A stretch of DNA of 63,735 nucleotides, counting the filler, from Salisapilia sapeloensis CBS 127946 (taxonomy: Eukaryota > Protista > Oomycota): the NCBI GenBank assembly GCA_023334545.1. It is 10 parts of 10 records of this genome, joined end to end, with 100 filler letters (N's around TTAATTAATTAA, not from the genome) between each part and the next. Parts side by side here need not be neighbours in the genome. Positions count along the whole stretch, not along the records: positions 58,201 to 61,019 come from JAADVB010000834.1; positions 61,120 to 62,594 come from JAADVB010001131.1; positions 62,695 to 63,735 come from JAADVB010001343.1; 7 more parts are not named here. One strand, written 5' to 3'. Every line of letters starts with the position of its first letter. Position 1 is the first letter of the stretch. The translations under genes and the position numbers were made by a program. The notes under the pieces were generated by a model. It was not told where the DNA came from. It did not search any database and saw only the letters and a list, made by a program, of their open reading frames with translations. Shown piece after piece: positions 59,715 to 63,735 of this stretch.

Positions 59715-60064
59715 TGTAACGAGAAGTTACATGAATGTATCCCAAGCTGGGATAACATTTCGGATCTTGAAGTGGGTCCTTGTATTTGAGCATGTGATGC
59801 AAATACAAAGCTACAAGGAACAGGAATGGTCGTTAGACCTTTCCATACTAAGATGAATATTAAGGAGATTGTATTAGGATTTAGTAGGTATATAGAAACT
59901 CAAAGTCTAGTATTCGGATTAAGCCTCAATACAATCAGTTTTCATTTTGCTTTCGAAAGCACAAGTGTCTTACACTACTTCCGTACTTTTAGTACAAGAG
60001 TTTCATACTCTGCTTTTTACGCTTCCCTTATGTTTAGAGGGCTATCGTTGTGACTTCCGTCACA
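59715..60064 (-). mobile_element. 350-bp solo-LTR-like element, family A copy 2
   Basis: Reverse complement of 29243-29592, ~93% identical by manual count. Confidence 0.82.
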
Positions 60065-60206
60065 TAACAGCTACATAAGTCGGCATAAAAAACAAGTATG
60101 TTGCGTTAACGCCAGCTACGAAGAAAGCGTAAGGAAAGAACAAAATCGTCGTAAGAAACAAGCATTCAAAAGCGGGTAAAGCATGCTGCTTCCATGAAGG
60201 TGATTT

Positions 60207-60282
60207 TGTAACGGGCTCTACCCGTTACTTTAGGTTCTTTCTTTCTTTGTGAGTTTTTGGTACTTTGTTGGCACTATGGCCA
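60207..60282 (-). mobile_element. Truncated family B terminus
   Basis: CCTAAAGTAACGGGTAGAGCCCGTTACA end on the minus strand, abutting the next copy. Confidence 0.55.
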
Positions 60283-60512
60283 TGTAACGGTTCTATACCG
60301 TTACTTCAGGATAGCGCTACTTCACTTACCTTGGTTCTATGTTGGTACATGATTAGATGACCTACGTCCTTTCTAGATATTAGGGATCAGTATTTAGGAA
60401 GATGTGCAAAGTAGGATCAGTCTAAAGTATCAATATATTCTCACTTCTAGTTTTATTCGCTTCCCCACATAGCTCGTGTAAGCTACGTTACGGAGGATCT
60501 TAGCCCGTAACA
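60283..60512 (-). mobile_element. 230-bp solo-LTR-like element, family B copy 2
   Basis: TGTTACGGG...CCGTTACA on the minus strand; block homology to 58550-58790. Confidence 0.7.
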
Positions 60513-60554
60513 GATTTTGTATTGTGGTCCAGGAGCGATTTTTCGACTGCCTGG

Positions 60555-60850
60555 TAAGAAGCTTATGGCAACTTGGGTTGGCCTCTTCCAAGTTTATAAA
60601 GCCCTATAATATTCTTTCATCATAAGGAATTTCATCAACGAAAATAAGGATAAAGTACATGGCACTCGATACAAGTTCTATGCTGATGACTATCTAGAGA
60701 AAAATGAAGAGCTACCACAGCATGTCAGTGGTCAAGGTTTTATTCTCTCAGTCAAAAAATCCGTGGAAGTCAACACAGTGATTAACTTCAGCAATGGCAG
60801 CTACTGGTTCATTGAAGTGAACTTCAGATATTGCGGATTCGTGAGAATTA
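60555..60850 (+). mobile_element. Relic of Gypsy (chromovirus-type) pol C-terminus
   Basis: KLMATWVGLFQV...VHGTRYKFYADD.L...EEL.QHV..QG..L.V, then a frameshifted chromodomain-like WQLLVH*...ADS*E. Confidence 0.7.
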
Positions 60851-61019
60851 AACGAGAGAGTAGTCATGTGTAGAGATGCTTGCCGTTATCCACCCGGGTG
60901 TGTGGTAGCACCCTTTGTGCGAGGATCCAAAGTGTCTTTGAATCTTGCTCAAAGTGCGAGACTTAGAGACAGATGTCCTTGCTAACAGAGACCTTGGATG
61001 CGAGCCCTAGAGTCTAAGC

Positions 61020-61119
61020 NNNNNNNNNNNNNNNNNNNNNNNNNNNNNNNNNNNNNNNNNNNNTTAATTAATTAANNNNNNNNNNNNNNNNNNNNNNNNN
61101 NNNNNNNNNNNNNNNNNNN
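61020..61119. other. Artificial contig spacer
   Basis: 44 N + TTAATTAATTAA + 44 N. Confidence 0.99.
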
Positions 61120-61809
61120 ATGCTACGAAGACTGGTGTGAGCAAGGACGGTCAACGGGATAGTGCTTTCGTTGAAAAATTCGAGCACACGCTTCAACAGA
61201 ATAATTTATAGAATTGACTTGTTGAACTATGGTACAAAAATCGACAGAAGATCCATGTATCTGAAACTACCAAAGTGCTTACCACCAACTTTCCCTTCAA
61301 CCTCAAGATACATTTGAAGGAATGGAAATCCTAGTATCCATTCTACTCCTATCATCTACCATTTAAGCTTGATTTTATCCAAATATAAACTACACATGTC
61401 CTTATGTTTATCCAAATGAACTCCGACTTCATATCATGTGCAGGACACAAGTCACCCACAAGTGACCAGACGGTGGTACTTTTACAAAGAATCAAGTCTA
61501 TCTGCTTTTGTTATGGGTAGTCATGTCGTGCAGTTGAGACAACGCTGGTCTCAACGGAGATCAATTGGCTGGATATATATATGAAAACGTGGCAGTAAAT
61601 TTTTCAAAGCTAGTAAGCAGGTTCATGATACACCTAGAAGGGATGGGTACAAGCAAGTAGCATGAGGCAAAAGGGCAATTCCACTCATTATCCTTTTCGC
61701 ATCCCAGCGAGCAAGTGCTGCCAACACTCTTCCTTTGAATAGCACCGACGACCAAGATCAAGTACCACAACCAATTAATCACGAAATACTAAACGGATCA
61801 AATACAAGT

Positions 61810-62559
61810 ATGGGCGAGACAAACCAGGCCCCAAGAGAAACCCCTTATGCAACGGTAGATGCGCGTCCCGAAAATGCTCCTATGAAGGGGCAATGGCAAA
61901 CTGGACTGTGTAGCTGCTGCAATGATTGTGTGCCGAACTGCCTCATGGTCTGGTGCTGCCCGTGTGTCTCCATCGCTCAAATTTCTTCAAGGTTGGGGCT
62001 AATCGGTTACTGGAAGGCACTGGTCTTAGCTGGTGTCTTAGTCCTAGCAGGCCTCATTCTGTGGTTCTTCCTCCTACCAGGCATCATTATGTCGATCGTG
62101 ATGAACGGGAATGTTCCGTTTATTCATGACGGTAGATCTAGTTCCTACAGCAGCTGGACGAGGATGCTATGGAGCAATGAGACCGACTCTGAAGAGTCTG
62201 GTAGTGCTGACAACACCAAAGTCGATTTCGCTAGTGATGACAACTACTACGACGATGATTACTACTACGACTACGGCTATGACAATGAGCGCTATGGTAA
62301 TCCCACCGCCTACCGCACTGCTATTTACGTCCAAGAAATCATTACTCCTATCATTACATTGATTTTTTGGATTTCTATTTGGTGTCTTCGATACAAAACG
62401 CGCCAGCGATTTGACATTCCAGGGAGCTGTCTTGGCGACTGCTGTGCTACTTGCTGGTGCTCTCTCTGTGCCATGACGCAGATAGCAACACACGTTAAAA
62501 GCTACACACCTGGCAGTTGCAACTTTGGTCCACCCGACACTTTACCAGCGTACGCTTAA
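61810..62559 (+). CDS. PLAC8-family Cys-rich membrane protein (first ATG 61810; frame open from 61735)
   Basis: WQTGLCSCCND...CLMVWCCPCVSIAQI and R..TRQRFDIPGS..GDCC..CWC..CAMTQ. Confidence 0.88.
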   Translation: MGETNQAPRETPYATVDARPENAPMKGQWQTGLCSCCNDCVPNCLMVWCCPCVSIAQISSRLGLIGYWKALVLAGVLVLAGLILWFFLLPGIIMSIVMNGNVPFIHDGRSSSYSSWTRMLWSNETDSEESGSADNTKVDFASDDNYYDDDYYYDYGYDNERYGNPTAYRTAIYVQEIITPIITLIFWISIWCLRYKTRQRFDIPGSCLGDCCATCWCSLCAMTQIATHVKSYTPGSCNFGPPDTLPAYA

Positions 62560-62594
62560 TCGACTTTATCTTCATGCATACAGCAGCTAAGCTA

Positions 62595-62694
62595 NNNNNN
62601 NNNNNNNNNNNNNNNNNNNNNNNNNNNNNNNNNNNNNNTTAATTAATTAANNNNNNNNNNNNNNNNNNNNNNNNNNNNNNNNNNNNNNNNNNNN
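62595..62694. other. Artificial contig spacer
   Basis: 44 N + TTAATTAATTAA + 44 N. Confidence 0.99.
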
Positions 62695-62951
62695 AAGCGG
62701 CCATCATCAAAGTCTGCTGTATCCATAAGCCAATTTGCTGCCTCATTCGGCCACAGACATGTGATAATCAACCACGACGTCCAGCAAATGGAGACGAGTA
62801 GTGCGAAAAGCATGCCATATCCCAAATATCCAAAGATGTGATGAAATGAAGGTACCTGGGTAACCAATGTTTCTTTTTCATTATTTGTTGAACGACTGAC
62901 GCCCTCCACTGAGGAGCCCCGAGGGATTGGAACAACAGCACTGAGTGACAT
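62695..62951 (-). CDS. N-terminus of an oomycete multi-pass membrane protein, truncated by gap
   Basis: TM segment followed by PNEAANWLMDTADFDDG, a motif I recall from an expanded oomycete TM family. Confidence 0.7.
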
Positions 62952-63353
62952 GGCACCGCGATAGCAACGCAGATTTTGCTTTAGATAACGCTCGAGGAAA
63001 ATCTATATTTAGCTTCGTCTTCATTAACATCCAGGGTAAGTTGTAAATGCATATGGCGGGTTTGTAAAAGCTTTATTCATTTGCTGTCAATGAAGGCTTT
63101 TAAGAATATGAACAACATTATCTCTGTGACACACTTCGTACGGCCAATCGAAGGTTACGAGTTTCTTGCGAAATCCGTGAAGATTTCCATTGGTCTAACT
63201 TTTGACCAACAGTCGAAAACCTGATACAAGTAGGCAATAGTATTTATTTTGATTTGTATTGACTCTTCGGGCCTGTTTGGATTCCCGCTATATTGAATTA
63301 TAATTTTAAAATCAAAGGGTCAAACGGCTTAATGCTGTGAATCCTAAATCCAA

Positions 63354-63735
63354 TCATCTGATTAAATCGAAGACAAGAAGCTTCCATAAAGCCACAAATC
63401 CGAAGAGGCACTGCATGATAAAATAAACTACGCTTGGACTTGATTTTGGTCTCGTGCGATGGCTCGTTGCGGTCACAGAAATCCAGTCTCGACAGCCTTC
63501 ATGTATCGACTTCATCGTGCCTTCTTTCATCAATTGGTGTACTGGTGAAAGGCATTTCAATCGGATTCGTTCACGTTCCCGTTGGTCGGCACACGTTGGC
63601 GAAGAAGTGACCTCCAGGAAGATCCGGTATCTCAGTAGGTCTTGCATGTTGAGCGCGTATTGCTGGTTGTCGGTTGCGCTCGCTACGGGAAATTGGAGAA
63701 TGGGCAGTTTGTTCAAGGCTCGAAAGAGAGGATGT
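63354..63735 (-). CDS. 3' part of a gene entering from beyond the window, possibly the same TM family
   Basis: Frame open to the window edge: HPLFRALNKLP...LLRYRIFLEVTSSPTCAD...RLKCLSP. Confidence 0.5.
   Translation of the reverse strand, partial: HPLFRALNKLPILQFPVASATDNQQYALNMQDLLRYRIFLEVTSSPTCADQRERERIRLKCLSPVHQLMKEGTMKSIHEGCRDWISVTATSHRTRPKSSPSVVYFIMQCLFGFVALWKLLVFDLIR

Noticed and set aside
60790-60850. Both chromodomain Trp codons appear changed to TGA (RIP/APOBEC-like editing?)
   Set aside because: Too few sites, inconsistent context, and the ancestral sequence is only inferred.
58201-61019. DIRS-like element with inverted terminal repeats
   Set aside because: The interior is a mix of unrelated relics with no RT or tyrosine recombinase.
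23455-62694. Recurring TTAATTAATTAA flanked by N runs, superficially like a regularly spaced repeat or CRISPR array
   Set aside because: Identical 100-bp artificial spacer; ORFs containing X runs are artefacts.
32064-63735. Functional clustering of genes across contigs (e.g. Ca2+ channel with PLAC8 or the kinases)
   Set aside because: Contigs are joined by artificial spacers, so adjacency across gaps carries no information.
1-63735. tRNA, rRNA, snRNA or CRISPR features
   Set aside because: None recognised by eye; a tRNAscan/Infernal run would be needed to exclude small ncRNAs.

Overview
Eukaryotic, oomycete-like (stramenopile) nuclear DNA. It is not contiguous genome: ten contig pieces are joined by nine artificial 100-bp spacers (44 N + TTAATTAATTAA + 44 N, stops in all six frames). 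Lineage is inferred from the gene set: callose synthase, START-like+FYVE proteins, ankyrin-TKL kinase and Phytophthora-type MULE and Gypsy relics. Gene-dense contigs encode GT48 glucan synthase (partial), two tandem START-FYVE paralogs, a RING-H2 protein, a CCCH+PUF protein, TAPT1, an RSPH10B-like MORN protein, DNAJC11, MED4, a mucin-like surface protein, Wee1, a BET-like bromodomain protein, a four-domain EEEE Ca2+ channel, purple acid phosphatase, an esterase, a lysine methyltransferase, STE24 and a PLAC8 protein. Two contigs are transposon graveyards. Exon structures were mapped by hand; the mapped introns are 50-64 nt. I found no single clear-cut new multi-gene system. Best leads: a PCNA PIP-box/degron-like motif in Wee1, an aberrant domain-I filter (MPREGW) in the Ca2+ channel, identical RING genes in inverted orientation bracketing the Wee1 block, solo-LTR-like elements with hairpins at both ends and no TSDs, and a PUB-like tail on a START-FYVE protein.
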